Assembly: GCA_965649825.1 (NCBI GenBank)
Contig: OZ287701.1
Span: 857,101-921,100, forward strand
From: Penicillus capitatus
Taxonomy: Eukaryota; Plantae; Chlorophyta
Length of the DNA stretch: 64,000 nt
Direction of reading: 5' to 3'
In this document: piece after piece, positions 39,252 to 51,600 of the stretch
How positions within the stretch are numbered: position 1 is the first letter of the stretch
Layout of the letters: every line of letters begins with the position of its first letter
Made by a program: the position numbers and the translations under genes
The notes under the pieces: generated by a model
Seen by the model: the letters and a program-made list of their open reading frames with translations, nothing else
The model's database searches: none
Told to the model about the DNA's origin: nothing

Positions 39252-39969
39252 ATGTCGTCATGTGTTGCACCGCGATTCTCCATCCTTGGACTTCACCGTC
39301 AGCGCCCGGGCTGCTGCATTTCGCATCGTCCCTCGCGGAGATCCTATCAATGGCGTATCCGATCGATCACGCCGCCGCAATCGAGCGATCGCGAAATACG
39401 ATCCGAATCGCCAGACGTCAAAGAACGCGAAACTCGATCCTGTTCGTTTAACGCGATATTGGAAGAAGTCCGCGATACCCAGTCCCTTGGATCGCGCGGA
39501 GAGGGCTGGGTGCTCTCTGTGCTCCTCGCATGGATTCTGCTGCTCTTTCCACCCGTCCATCTCTTTGGTCTTATGAGAGCAACGGGTTGGATCTTGACCA
39601 TTGGTGGCATCGTGCTGTTCGTCTCCGGACTGCTCAGCCTCGGGCGGAACAACTTCCCTCTACCGCATCCTCGCAAAGAGGCATCATTTGTACAGCAAGG
39701 CATCTACGCTCATGTACGTCATCCACAATACGGTGGCATCCTGCTCCTGTCCCTCGGTATCAGCGCCATCACCCACAGCGAAGTGCGTCATCCCCTTGTC
39801 ATCTATGCCTTGCTGAGGGCTCCCTTAGACTCGGGCCCTGTTCTGTGTGCTGCTGTGGTTTGCGTTGGAGCGGCTAGTGAAATACGAAGAGCGTGTGTTG
39901 AGAGAACGATTCCGTGAGAGCGATGCCTATAGCGAAGGCACCAGGAAGTTCATTCCTGGCGTATACTAA
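39252..39969 (+). CDS. Second ICMT/PEMT-like membrane methyltransferase family protein
   Basis: RGEGW, PLPHPR...GIYAHVRHPQYGG, one short intron, then EERVL...Y...TRKFIPGVY. Confidence 0.85.
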
Positions 39970-40164
39970 GCGAAGATCGGCGTTTCGATTAACAGAGAGA
40001 TTCGCACATTTTCAATGGGGTTGCATCCACGGCGATACTCAGCTCTTGTCCTTCCTCTTGTTGCTCTCTTGCGTTAAAAATCAGATCCAATTGGATGGAT
40101 GCTCTCGCCAAAGGACGGCGACGATAACAACAACAATAACGAAAAAATAAACAGGCGTGTGTTT

Positions 40165-41354
40165 TTAGAAACATTTTCTGTGGACGATGGATGGACCCAT
40201 CTCATCAAATTCTTGCTTTCCGATCCACATGCTGCTGAAGGTCGAGAGCGATGCCAAAATGGAACCGCCGATCCAGACGGAGTACTTTCTCTCTGGCGGT
40301 GCCACGACCTTGATCTTGGCCGATGTCGGGGCCAATTCTGTCATCTCTTTGCTGACACGTTCAGCAATACCTAATCCCGAGCTGTCACATCACGGCTGAA
40401 TCAAAAGAGTGAGATCACACCTTGGAACATCGTTGTACCACCAGACAGCACCACGTTGGAGTAGAGTTCTTTGCGGATGTCCAAGTCACATCGCATGATG
40501 GAGTTGTAGCAGGTGGCATGAATACCGTCCGCTTCCATGCCGATGATACTGGGCTGGAACAGGACTTCGGGGCAACGGAATCTCTCACTGCCAACCGTAA
40601 TCACTTGGCCGTCTGGTAGTTCAAACGTCTTTTCAAGCTCAGAGCTGCTATCTGCATTTGCCAGTTCCGCATCGTAATCGAGCGCCACGTAACAGAGCTT
40701 CTCCTTGATGTCTCTGACGATTTCCATACCGGCCGATCCGGGGAATGTGTAACCGCGTTCCGTGAGAATGGTCTTGAGCTGCTCTGTCAGATCGCGTCCA
40801 GCGAGATCCAGACGCATGATGGCATGGGGCATGGCATAGCCTTCATAGATGGGCACGGTATGGGTGACACCGTCACCGGAGTCCAACACAATACCCGTTG
40901 TTCTACCCGAGGCGTAGAGCGACAAGACGGCCTGGATCGAGACGTACATTGCCGGCACGGAAAACGTCTCAAACATGATCTGCGTCATTTTCTCGCGATT
41001 GTTTTTCGGATTCAGCGGCGCCTCCGTCAACAAGACGGGATGCTCCTCAGGCGCCACACGCAATTCGTTGTAGAACGTGTGTTGCCAAATTTTCTCCATG
41101 TCATCCCAGTTCGTCACGACGCCGTGCTCAATGGGGTATTTAATCGTCAGGATACCACGCTTGGACTGAGCTTCGTCGCCCACGTAGTTATCTTTTTGCG
41201 CCGTGCCGACCATGATAGACGACGTCCCTGCGCGAGGACGCCCAACGATGCTCGGAAAAACCGCACGCGGTGCATCGTCTCCGGCAAAACCGGCCTTGAC
41301 CATTCCTGAACCATTGTCACAGACAAGTGCTGCTATCTCAGCCTCTTCTGCCAT
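40165..41354 (-). CDS. ACT: Divergent actin, 2 exons
   Basis: [65 protein letters not shown] and IVHRKCF. Intron at about 40371-40420. Confidence 0.97.
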
Positions 41355-42125
41355 GTTAATCGCACAAACAGTCGCTCAAGAAAGGCAAAACTCTGAACGT
41401 GGGTAAGGAATAGAGAACCGTTGTTAGGAATCGGTGTTCTTAAATGCGGCGCCTAGATGTCACGTCACCATTGAAAATACCGTCAACGATCATTCGGATC
41501 ACTTACAGGCGTATCGATAGCATGCCATCGATAAGTGGAACAGAGTTGTAGCGAGATCTCAGATGATCTAACTAAAAAGAAAGATAACAGCACGTGATTG
41601 AAAGAACACAATACAGCAGGCTTGTCATCCTTGGAGACGACGAAAAACAACCCTACACGTTCAGGCATCGCTGTACATGAGCCCCATGACTGCAGGGACA
41701 TACGTGTGCACCATCGATGTGCGTGTGTCTGTCCGATGCTTCACTCGTTTCTGCTCCATCATTACGGTAAGATTTAGGGTTAGACGATCTGGTGAGAGGC
41801 GATAGACTTCCTGAAGTGTGCCATCTCTTGGTGGCATCCACTCAGTGCTGTGAGACAGATATAGGCAGATTTATGGATGGGCTGGGCTGGGCTTACCGTG
41901 CGGTAATTTTTTCACTGCTCAACTTCACAGACATTCTTTTCTGTTCTTGATTGTTCCCACGCCCTCTCTTGAAAATAATCTGCAGAGGGGCAGTCGTTCA
42001 GGGCGATGGCAGAGTGATCGCACCGGTTCTCCGTTCCACGGCCGTTGTTCTCGGCACTCGTACATAGTTGTCCACGTTACCAATCTAAAATGTTGTGCCG
42101 TCGAGTCAATCTGACGATCACACAT

Positions 42126-43808
42126 TCAACAGAAAGAGTGAGATATGTTTGGGATGATAGAGTAAGGTATGACGATGAGATATCTGATATGGCCCTCAAA
42201 TTTGTGATGTATCTTCTTCGTTTGAGGAAAGGCAGCTTGCGCTTTGTACAGATCTTTGCCACCCTTCTCCATCTTCCAGCTGCCATTAAAAGCGCTGACA
42301 TTTCTGAACGCGGCAGAATCCAAGACAAACGTGCGTCCAGTCGGCGATGACGGAAACTGAACCTCCGGTAGATTTCCAAAAAACTTCGAAAAGGGATACA
42401 GTCGATAAACGAACTCTGCACCGAACACAACCAGATACCATACATGTCTAACGTCCTCCGCGACAACACCTGGCGTTTTGTATGGAGAACATTCCTCTGT
42501 GCTGCGTGGTGGTTCGGGTGAGATATCCGGCATGGATCTCAGCATCTCCGCAACGCTGTTATTCGATGCACTCACTCTGCGAGAGCGATCGGCTTGAGAG
42601 AGATCGGATGCCGACTCCAACCACTCGGCACTCCGTCCTCGTGCGCTTTCGATGATGGGTCGAATCAGTCCTCCTGCCCTCGTGGGCAATTCCTTCACAT
42701 TGCCCACCGTTCGTCTGCGTCTTGCAATTCGCCAATTGACGAATTTCGCCCTCCACGACTGAAAAGGCATCGACTCGGCGCTGTCCAGATCGCGGGTCAT
42801 GGGCGTCGTGGACTCGACGATGGGGTGCGGTGCAGCTGTTCTCTGGACTGATGGGTCGAGAGGCGGCCTCAAAACAAAGGAATCCGATGCAGACTGCTCC
42901 ACTCCATCAGCCGCTATCTCACCTGCCACAGCACAAAACGTCTGAACGTGATAGATGTACCAAAGAGTGATGGAGTGAGTCGTGGGGCAGTACGTGTCGA
43001 AGGTTCTTGCGACGACGGATCGTCTTTCGACCAAGACTTGAGACTCACGGATCCAACGGTGCTCTTAGAGGCGCCCGCCGAGAGGAAAGGAAACCCGTCG
43101 ACTCCAGCTCCAGCCGAGGAGGATGTTTCCGGCAGCGGTGCAAATTTGAAGGAATTCTCTGCTGCTGGTGGCGGAGCTGTGGCTTTCATGGCCTGCAATC
43201 TTTGGAAGAGCTTGAAAGGACTTGGAGTTGCCAGCAACGAAGATTCCACCTACCAAGAAGCTATGAAAACGCAAGGAGGAAGGCGACATTTGCAGACGGC
43301 AAAGTCCTCTTGTAGACTGCGAGGGACTTCCAACTGCGGGACGTATCTTTCAGCAGCATCGGCAGCTGTTGTCATTTGGTGGACGGGGCGGTCCATGAGG
43401 AACGACGACGGAAGAGACGCACTCAGCGACGACGACGCGAGACAATCATGAGCATGATCATGGCTCGGAGACGCGTGGCTTCGATGGGACGCGTGGTATG
43501 GGACGGTTGACGTCTGTAAAGGTCGAAGCAGCGAAGGACGAAGTGTCTGGGAGAATCCAGTGTGAGTCATGCAGGTACCAGAAGCCGCCATCGAGAAACG
43601 ATGATTCGCGTTGCACAGGTGGCGTTTTATGACAGACGCCGAGATAACGAACTTCCTCAAAGCCAACGGGTGTAATACCACAGGTCAGCAGAAAGCCGCA
43701 TCGGTCGATCTCTTTCACCTCGTTCATGCTTTTCTTCGGCAGTTCTGCGGGAGCATCTGACGCAGGCAGGATTCTATACGACGTACTGTTACAAGGGTAA
43801 AGAGACAC
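42126..43808 (-). CDS. Unknown Ser/Pro-rich multi-exon protein, divergent from the Crypton-like gene
   Basis: Plausible GT-AG introns at about 43250-43297 and 42915-42952 join minus-strand ORFs in frame. Substitutions versus the 4-kb paralogue fall mainly at third codon positions of this frame. Ends are uncertain. Confidence 0.5.
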
Positions 43809-43866
43809 GGAGCTTTCGAGCGGAGATCGGTTTGAATGGCGCCCGTCTCAGAATTGGATACATTCG

Positions 43867-46800
43867 GTGCGATCTTTGTTGTGGACGGCGGTGTGGCGAA
43901 GGTGTTGTGTTCTGAATAGACTGTGGACGAGTGCGTTTGTTGCGCAGCAACAGCCGGGGTTTGAATGGGGAGAGTATGTGGCGGATGTGCTGCGTCTGCC
44001 GGGTCATCAGCTTGAGGGATGGCCAGAGCTCGTGCGCCGTATGTACGAAAAACTCCAAGAACTCGATCTCCGCGCTATTTTGAGCGCGTCGCGTCGGAGA
44101 TGGAGTGAACGTTTTGGTATTCTGCCGAAAAAGGCGACGGAAACGCCGGGCAGTATGCCGAGTCGACATACCGGGGGACCTTCGATGCTGGCGAGCGTCG
44201 GACGTCCTGAGACAGGACTTCAGCGACAGCTGATGGACATCGACGGGCCGGAAGCTCCGGAGGGTTTGACGAGAAGCGACGCCGTCGCCGAGCGACACGC
44301 TATCGTCAACAGCGACGTGGCGCCTGTTACAGGATACGGTGGAAATGATGACGTCATGGAGACGACGCTACCGGGCAACGGCGACGGCGACGAAGAAGAT
44401 GCGCTATTGCCTCTAGAAGGCGACGAGGATGGAGACCGCGATCTGCCGTTCTCTGGACAGCGCGGAGGCGACTGTGGTAGAGATGGAGCCGATGGCGAAG
44501 AAGAGCCGCCAGACGACGACGGTGCATCATCCATCGAGACCTCGATAACAGACAAGGTCTTCTTGTAGATGAACCGGATTCCAATCGAGGACCGGCGACG
44601 CCTTGTCCACCTGAGAAAGCCACGGGACAGGCGCGTATAATGGAGGGACGCTCGCGCTCGCGTCATCCCGTTTTGAAGTATTTCTTGGATGATATGGTTC
44701 TCGGACTGGGTATGATGCGATCCGAAGTCGAAAAGCGCTATATCAATGACGAGGGCGGCGGACACGAGATATCACTCGATCAGAAGATTCGCCTGATCAA
44801 GAACAAGATCACGCATCGCCTGACGACCCATCGCTGCTACATTCGCACGGCGAATCTCTTTTTGCTCTGGCTGAATGAAGAGGATACGAATCTCTGGAAG
44901 GATTCCGGCATTCTTCTGGCGACACAGCACAACATCTATGCATTTCTTGAGGACTACCGCACCGGCAAGATTCGTCCGACGGGGACGGAGCCTTCCATCG
45001 CACAAGTGCTGGACGGAACGGCACGCTTTGTGCGGAAGACGTCGAAGTTGCCCCTCTCTGCAGCCAATGGGGCAAAACTCATATCGGCGCTTTCTTTCAT
45101 GTACGATGCCCAGCAGACCTTGCTCAATGCCGTTCGGGTTGAAAGTCTTCGAAGCTACCGCACATTTAATCTGTGGGAGAGCAATCTTCAATACGCCGAA
45201 ACAGATCGCCGCCACGGGTGAGAGAATCGACCCGGTCGCTCAAATCGATACACGATGTCTTCTTTCCAGGTCCTTTGATGATCGTCAGCGTAACGTCTTG
45301 GCGACGGAGTGTCCACTGGGAGCGAAGAAACGCCAGAGCGTGCATTTGGTGCTGGAGGATTCCTGGCTGGGCAATCGCAATCGTGCGATGACTTTGAGCC
45401 AAGCGTTCAGTGTGAGTCGATTCGATGAGCTGTCGAAATGGTCCATCGCCGACCTCCATGCATTCACCTATTCCTCCGATCTCCCCACGGTCGGTGAACA
45501 GGACATCAATGTCATCTACGTCACACAGCCACTGCACAAGAACCTCAAAGTGACACCCCAATTCGTTCCGCCTTCCCTCCACATCTCGCGTGTGGCAGGA
45601 TGGAAGACCGCCAGATGAGAAGCTCATTATTCGACACAAAGACATTCTGCTCTGTCCACTGAGCGCCGTAGCGATGATGATGTTCGATCGCTTTGTTCTC
45701 TCCAACGAACGTCCCTTCGATCTCACCAACTTCCAATCATGGTCTGTCCCCTGTCACGCCATGCCTCTCAAACTGACTGTCGTCATAGGTACAATGTCAA
45801 AGTGTTCCGCAATACATTGGATGCGGACAAGGCAGTGAAGAGTAGTACGGTGTACACGCAACGCAAAGAGATGATGGAGAATACGGCCACCGCGACCAAT
45901 GGCTGCGTCAACCATTACGATCGCAAACTCGGTGCCCTGATCGCCCGTCTTCACGGAATCGGCAACAGCGAGTTGAAATCGTTGGGTCTGTGGGATTCCG
46001 CCATCCTCGACCGTCACTACTCGAAGTACGCCCTCCCGGATACCGTTGCAAAGCTCTCCGGATTCCAAGACGGCCAGCATTACTTCCTCCCCAGAGCCAA
46101 AGCAGATCCGATGGAGTTCCAGGAGCTCCATGGAGGGGAAGAGATGTTCAGCACATTCTTTCCGTTTCTCGACGAGTCGACGGTCTTCCAGTCCGTCCTG
46201 GAGCAACGTGCCGAGGGCAACAATACGTGCTTCAATGTTTACCAGACGCTGCATCTGATGCGTTTGATCTTTTGGCAGGATCTGCCACACTATTTCTCCC
46301 TCTACCCCCAGCTCCGCGTCTTCAAGTGCGCGGCATTGACAGATCACTGGGGAACATTCCTCAAGTGGTGTGAATTCTGCAACGAACGCGTTGTTCATGG
46401 CGAAGCTGCCCTCGCCCGCAACTTGGGCGCAACAGACGAAGGCACGGCGGCCGTCGATGGGGAAGAATGGAACTCCTGGCGTCAAAAGGTGGATCTGTCC
46501 GTACGCGAACTCCGCAGCCTAACGCAAGCCAACTCGGCAAAGCTGGATCGTTTGCTGCACGCCGTGGAATCGCACGGGGCTTTCGGCAAGCGCAAGAGAG
46601 AAGTGGGCGAACCCGAGCTGAAGAAGTGCCTGACGAATGGCGGACGTCATCTGCTGCGAAAGCTGCGCGATCTGAACGACATGTCGATCAAGGACGTCTA
46701 TGAGGAATGGAATGTGGCTGTCGTGAGCGAAGGCGTCGAGTTCTGCAGCCTGAAAGAATTCGAGCGCCGCCGTACGGAGCTTAAGGAGCAGTACCGCAGC

Positions 46801-46980
46801 GATCAGCTGAAAACGGCCGTCCACAGACGCAGAAACCTCGCGGCATTCGTCGAGCAGACGGCGACAGAACTGGGCGATCTCGATCGCGCCTTCAAGTGGA
46901 TCGAAGATCTTCAGCTCAAACTCGGACACGGAAAGAAATGCACACTCTACAAACTCTGGCAACACATTAACGCGTTCTGA
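43867..46980 (+). mobile_element. Crypton-type tyrosine recombinase gene (NDC10-II-like YR domain + GCR1_C-like C-terminus), intact, 4 predicted introns
   Basis: Spliced ORF contains RNRAM...SRFDEL...DL (catalytic R), HKN (K), RHKDILLCPLSA.A...F.RF, NHYDR..GA (HxxR), LGLWD (W) and RHYS (Y). C-terminal SIKDVYEEW...SLKEFE...RRR resembles GCR1_C. Introns at about 44557-44615, 45219-45270, 45550-45598 and 45742-45788 all keep frame. Start codon uncertain. Confidence 0.85.
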
Positions 46981-47097
46981 ACAGCAGCACTGTGCGGAAA
47001 CGCATTTTTGACCAAGCGATGCAAAAAAGGACAAGTGTTAGAGGAGAAAGCGGACCATGTGGACGAGATATCGTTTTGTGTTGGGAATGATTTGTGG

Positions 47098-48526
47098 TTA
47101 GATGGCTTTGGCCATATCCAATAGCGTCTGCACATCGCGTAAACTCTGTCGTCTGTCGTCCATGAATCTGTCCAGGGCTTCCAGCTCCTTCGACAGTTCT
47201 CTGAACGGAAGGGCGATGTTGGAATGCAAAGGTCGAAAGAATGTCTCACCTGAATTCTCGCCGATCAGTGTCCATCGCGCTTCTCTGCTGCAGAAGAAGC
47301 GATCTTCTCTCTTTCAGCTCTCCCTCGGACGCTTCCGCACCGTCGAGAACCTCTTCGACTTCGCGAACGAAGTCCTTCTTCTGCACGAGTTCACGGAGCA
47401 GACCGGGCGGCGGATCTTTGCCGTCGGCCAGGACTTGTGCCAGACCGATGATGTCGATCGCGCCGCTTTGCGATTGAGTGAACGCTTCGTACATGCGTCC
47501 CAGCGCATTGCGTTTCCTGAACACTCAGATCCGATGAAGCGTCGTACAGCTTGAGCCTGTCAGATGGCACAGGACCTGTCCTTGGAGGTACCGCCTGCAG
47601 CTGGATGCAGAATGCCCAGGAGCTCATCCAGCAGACGGAGGGATGGAGTCGCGTTCTGTCTCTCGACTTCCGCACGGACGCGTCGCCAAATCATTCGCAA
47701 TCCTTCGGAGGCGCTCGCATCCTAAATGCATCCATTCTAACAGCACACCCGCGGCGATCTCGCACTTCATAACGCTCGGCGCACTCGATTCTGCGCCAGA
47801 ACTTCTCGAGTAGATTCTCGTCCAGATAGTCTCGATACTCTTCGAGCTTGTCCTCGAAGAGACTCCCTAAGAAGAGATGCTGTGTCTTCCGATCGTCGGT
47901 CGACAGAGCGTTGCCTGCATTAACGAGATCGACGATGATCTTTGTCGTTCTTCGCTCTGGATCCAACTGGGCAATGCAGATGAGACAGGCAGAGTCATCT
48001 CGGATCGTACCTTCTTCACATCGACGTCCTCGTCAGGCGGACCCATGTTCAGCAGGGGATCGGGTACGTACTCAGGAAGGTCTTCTTCCTATTGGCACAA
48101 CGAATGTGTGTGAAGCACGATGCCGATGCTCCGTTGGAACGTACATTGACGATTTCTGCCTGCTCGGAATCTTTATCGTCTGTCGGCTTGATGGCGAAAG
48201 ACACTTCGCGTGTCAGAAAGGGTCGCCGTGATGTTCTCTTTCTGTTGGGTAGAAAGGGCGAAGGAGATGGAGGCTTGGCAGGAGTGACGGCTTTGAACAG
48301 CCTCGGCATTCGGTGAGCGGGAAGACCAGTGATTTGTACGACAGGACTTCTGTGGACGACGCCTCGTTGACAGGGATCGCCAACTTGTCGTCCAAAGCAC
48401 TTGTTTTCGTGTTAATAGATCACAGAAGATAGGACTAACGTGCGGTCTGGACACCAGTGATTGCGCTTTGGCTCGACAGAGATTGTTGCGGTCGGTGAGA
48501 CCTGACACACTTATCAGAGATGTCAT
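47098..48526 (-). CDS. PAC: PALE CRESS (PAC)-like plastid protein, multi-exon
   Basis: Transit-peptide-like N-terminus. The spliced protein contains ATPSLRLLDELL and KDFVREVEEVL, matching from memory the PAC motifs ATP.MRLLNDLL and DFVREVDALL. Confidence 0.7.
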
Positions 48527-48617
48527 GGACGCTACGAAGGTATAGGTTTGAGTTTTTCTGTCGAATTTGAGGGTACGTCGATACAGGATAACCGAAAAGA
48601 AGTGGAGTACGATAAGA

Positions 48618-51600
48618 TGAATCGAACGTCTTCTGTCCTCCACAAGACGTGTCTGCATCTCTCCGTTATGTTGTCGGAGACTTTCTGCAGAACTCTTCAT
48701 GGTCATAAGCAAGGACGCGGAGTTGTGATATCAAGCTTTATCTCTCGCAAAAGCTGCATCCATGACTGGGATATGCTCTCCTGGCAGGCAGGACACGTCA
48801 AATCAATTCACCTGCATTTAATGTCAACGACAACGTCCACGCATCTTTCTCCACTGCGAACTTTGTTACGAACTCTTGCGACGGTAAGTGCATCTGTTCG
48901 TTTCGGTGGCACGACGAGCGAAAACGCTTTGTCGTGTAGACCACAAGCGAACATGCAAGCCCGAGCTCCTGACGAAGGGCCCAGTGGCGTACAGCCACCC
49001 GGGTCGGAAATTAGTATTCAGCTCACATCCCAAAACGTTGGAAACGAAGAACGTCGCGACCTAATCCTTCTGCGCGGCGTTGTGAGTAGATACAACATTC
49101 ACAACACCAGGTCGCTGGTTGTCGCGTATAACGCGACCACGAATGAAAACGAACGCGCTGTCCTCCTTGGATGGCTGCGTAAGTACCACGAACGAAGGGA
49201 AGATTGCCTCACGCAAAAGGCTGTCCTTGAATATGCAGAACTGGTCAACATCGCTCCACGTTCCATCAGCGAGAAAGATATTCTGAAAAATTTGATCTGC
49301 GACCTTTGTTCCAGTATCCCAGTAGGAAACTTCCTTCCGCCGAACTTTGCCGCTGCCATCCACAGGGCACTTGTGCACGTCGATCCATCAGTGTATGGCG
49401 GAGTTGCGGAGCTAATGGTCGTGGCAAGGAAGCTTTTGGGAAGTCTGTCAGCGACACCGAAACTCGAAAGAGAGAACTTCTCGGTCCACAAAGGGACCTT
49501 TCTCGCACTTCAGCAAACCCTTTTCTTGTTTCTTAAAAGTAATCAAAGTGGAATCGACAAAGAAGAAAAGCAAGAGCTTCGTCAAGTCATTGCAACGAAG
49601 GAGAGAGTTTTGGAGCCATCGTGCAACTACTACCCTGTGAAGTTCCGTTTCCAAGTTCTTCGTCAAGCGGTTGAACGCCTCGAGGCAAGAAATGCTTCGC
49701 GTATCGCAGAAGTTTTTTTTATTACTCGTGGATGCTGTGGATCCGCGCACGTTTTACACTCTCTCCTGATGCTGGCATGCATTGATGTTTGTCCTGAGGC
49801 AATTCAGCGTGCATTCAGAAAGGCTCGAGTTGCTGTCGAAGACATGGGAGTGTTGAAGAGACCGTGGTTCGACTCGCTTTGGAATCTAATGGCAGCAAGG
49901 CTGGAAGCCGCAAAGGACGAAATGAAGCTTGACCTCTTTGGATCTGTGTGCAGTACCATAATAGAGAATCAACGAAAGATAAAGAACAGAGAAGAGTTAA
50001 AAGCGCTGAGATTTGGAATCATTGACGAGTTGGGCATGCTGGCAATCGAAGGATCATCGGAGAACGCTCGCAGAGAAGCTACAACCATGTTGTCGAATCT
50101 GGCAACGCAACAAGCAATCGGCGAAGGATGGATCGATGATGATGATGATGACATCCTGATCGCACTCCTGGATGTCATATACGCGGTGCGCATGACTGGC
50201 CAATATAACGAGAAGACTGAAGAAGCACTCACGGCCTTGTATGTATACTGCGATGGCTCTACCAGAGACGCGATGATGGCATGGTTGGAAGGAAAAAGCA
50301 TTGAAGAGAAGCTTCAAGCTGGAAGCTCGCCAGCAACTCAGCCAGAACATAGAGATTTATTTATTAAGACTCGCAGAGACGTTGGATACACTCCACCAAC
50401 TAAAGATGACTTAATGAAAACATACCTCAACGACGGTTTTGCAACGGTAATGTCCCGCGAAGATGAGCTTCCTGTGGTTGACTGTTTCGTTTCTGAAGGT
50501 GGCTTGTTTGCTCGACGAAGGTATCCCTAAGCACGTCAAGGCCATGAAGCACCACCTCGTCATCTTCGAAGAAATCTTAGAAGAACGAGATACCAGATCG
50601 AGAGATAGAATACACAGAATTATCCAGAGGTTGGAAGATTTGAAAGGCGAGTCTTCAAATCGTGGAAGAGATCAGGCGCAGGAACATTGTGAAAAGACAA
50701 GAGTCGCAAAATCCATTCTTCTGGAAGATTTGTTTAAGCGAAGATCTCTCGCATCAGGGGATCCAGAAAACGAAGTTCGAAGGGTGCTCCTCTATGGAAA
50801 CCCTGGATCCGGAAAAACATGCATCGCAAGAGTCATTGCATATAATTGGGCACTGGGAGAAATGGCACAAGACCTCGACGTCATTTACGTAGTGCCGGTG
50901 GGAGTTCTCAGCAGTGCGGAGCACAGTGGACATAAATGGACAAGACTCGAGGAAGCTGTGTCAGAGATATGCTTCTCTGAAAGCAAGCATACTTTCAACA
51001 ACGAAGACCTGATCGCTCAGGCGGAACGCGATCTCGACGATTCTTCCACACTGCTCGTGGTTGATGGTCTGGATGAGGCGAATGATCATGCAATGGAGCT
51101 CTTGTCTACCATATGGGAGCGACCCTGTAAGGTATTGCTTCTTTCTCGTCCGTACAACACGAGAGACGTGGAAACCCGTGTCGACGTTCTGGTGGAGTGC
51201 CTCGGATTCAACGATGAGCAACTGCGAGACTACATAGAGAGCGAATTGTCTGAGAAAGAGGCTCCGAGGCTCATCCGCTTTATCGAAGACTCCGATGCCT
51301 TGTGGGAGATGGCACACGTTCCAGCAACGGCAAACCTTCTCTGTTCCTTATCGAAGAAGCACGGCACTGCGATTGAAGAACGAGGAAAGGGAGCAAGCCT
51401 GTTCCAATTGTGCAACGAGATAACGAACTTTACCTGGAAAAGGTTCAAAGAGAAGCCGACGGCAAGAAAAATACAGAAAATGGAACTCTTTCAGAATCTG
51501 GAAAGAATTGCTTTCGAATCGCTTCGCAATGGACTAGTTCTTATCGACGAAACGTTTGTTACGCAACACACAGCGTCGAGAAATGCAGCTAGAAAGTTGA

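Noticed and set aside
42948-43451. Plus-strand ORF opposite the unknown minus-strand gene
   Set aside because: Intron signals and the longer linked ORFs favour the minus strand, and the plus frame has stops in the homologous 42.6-kb segment.
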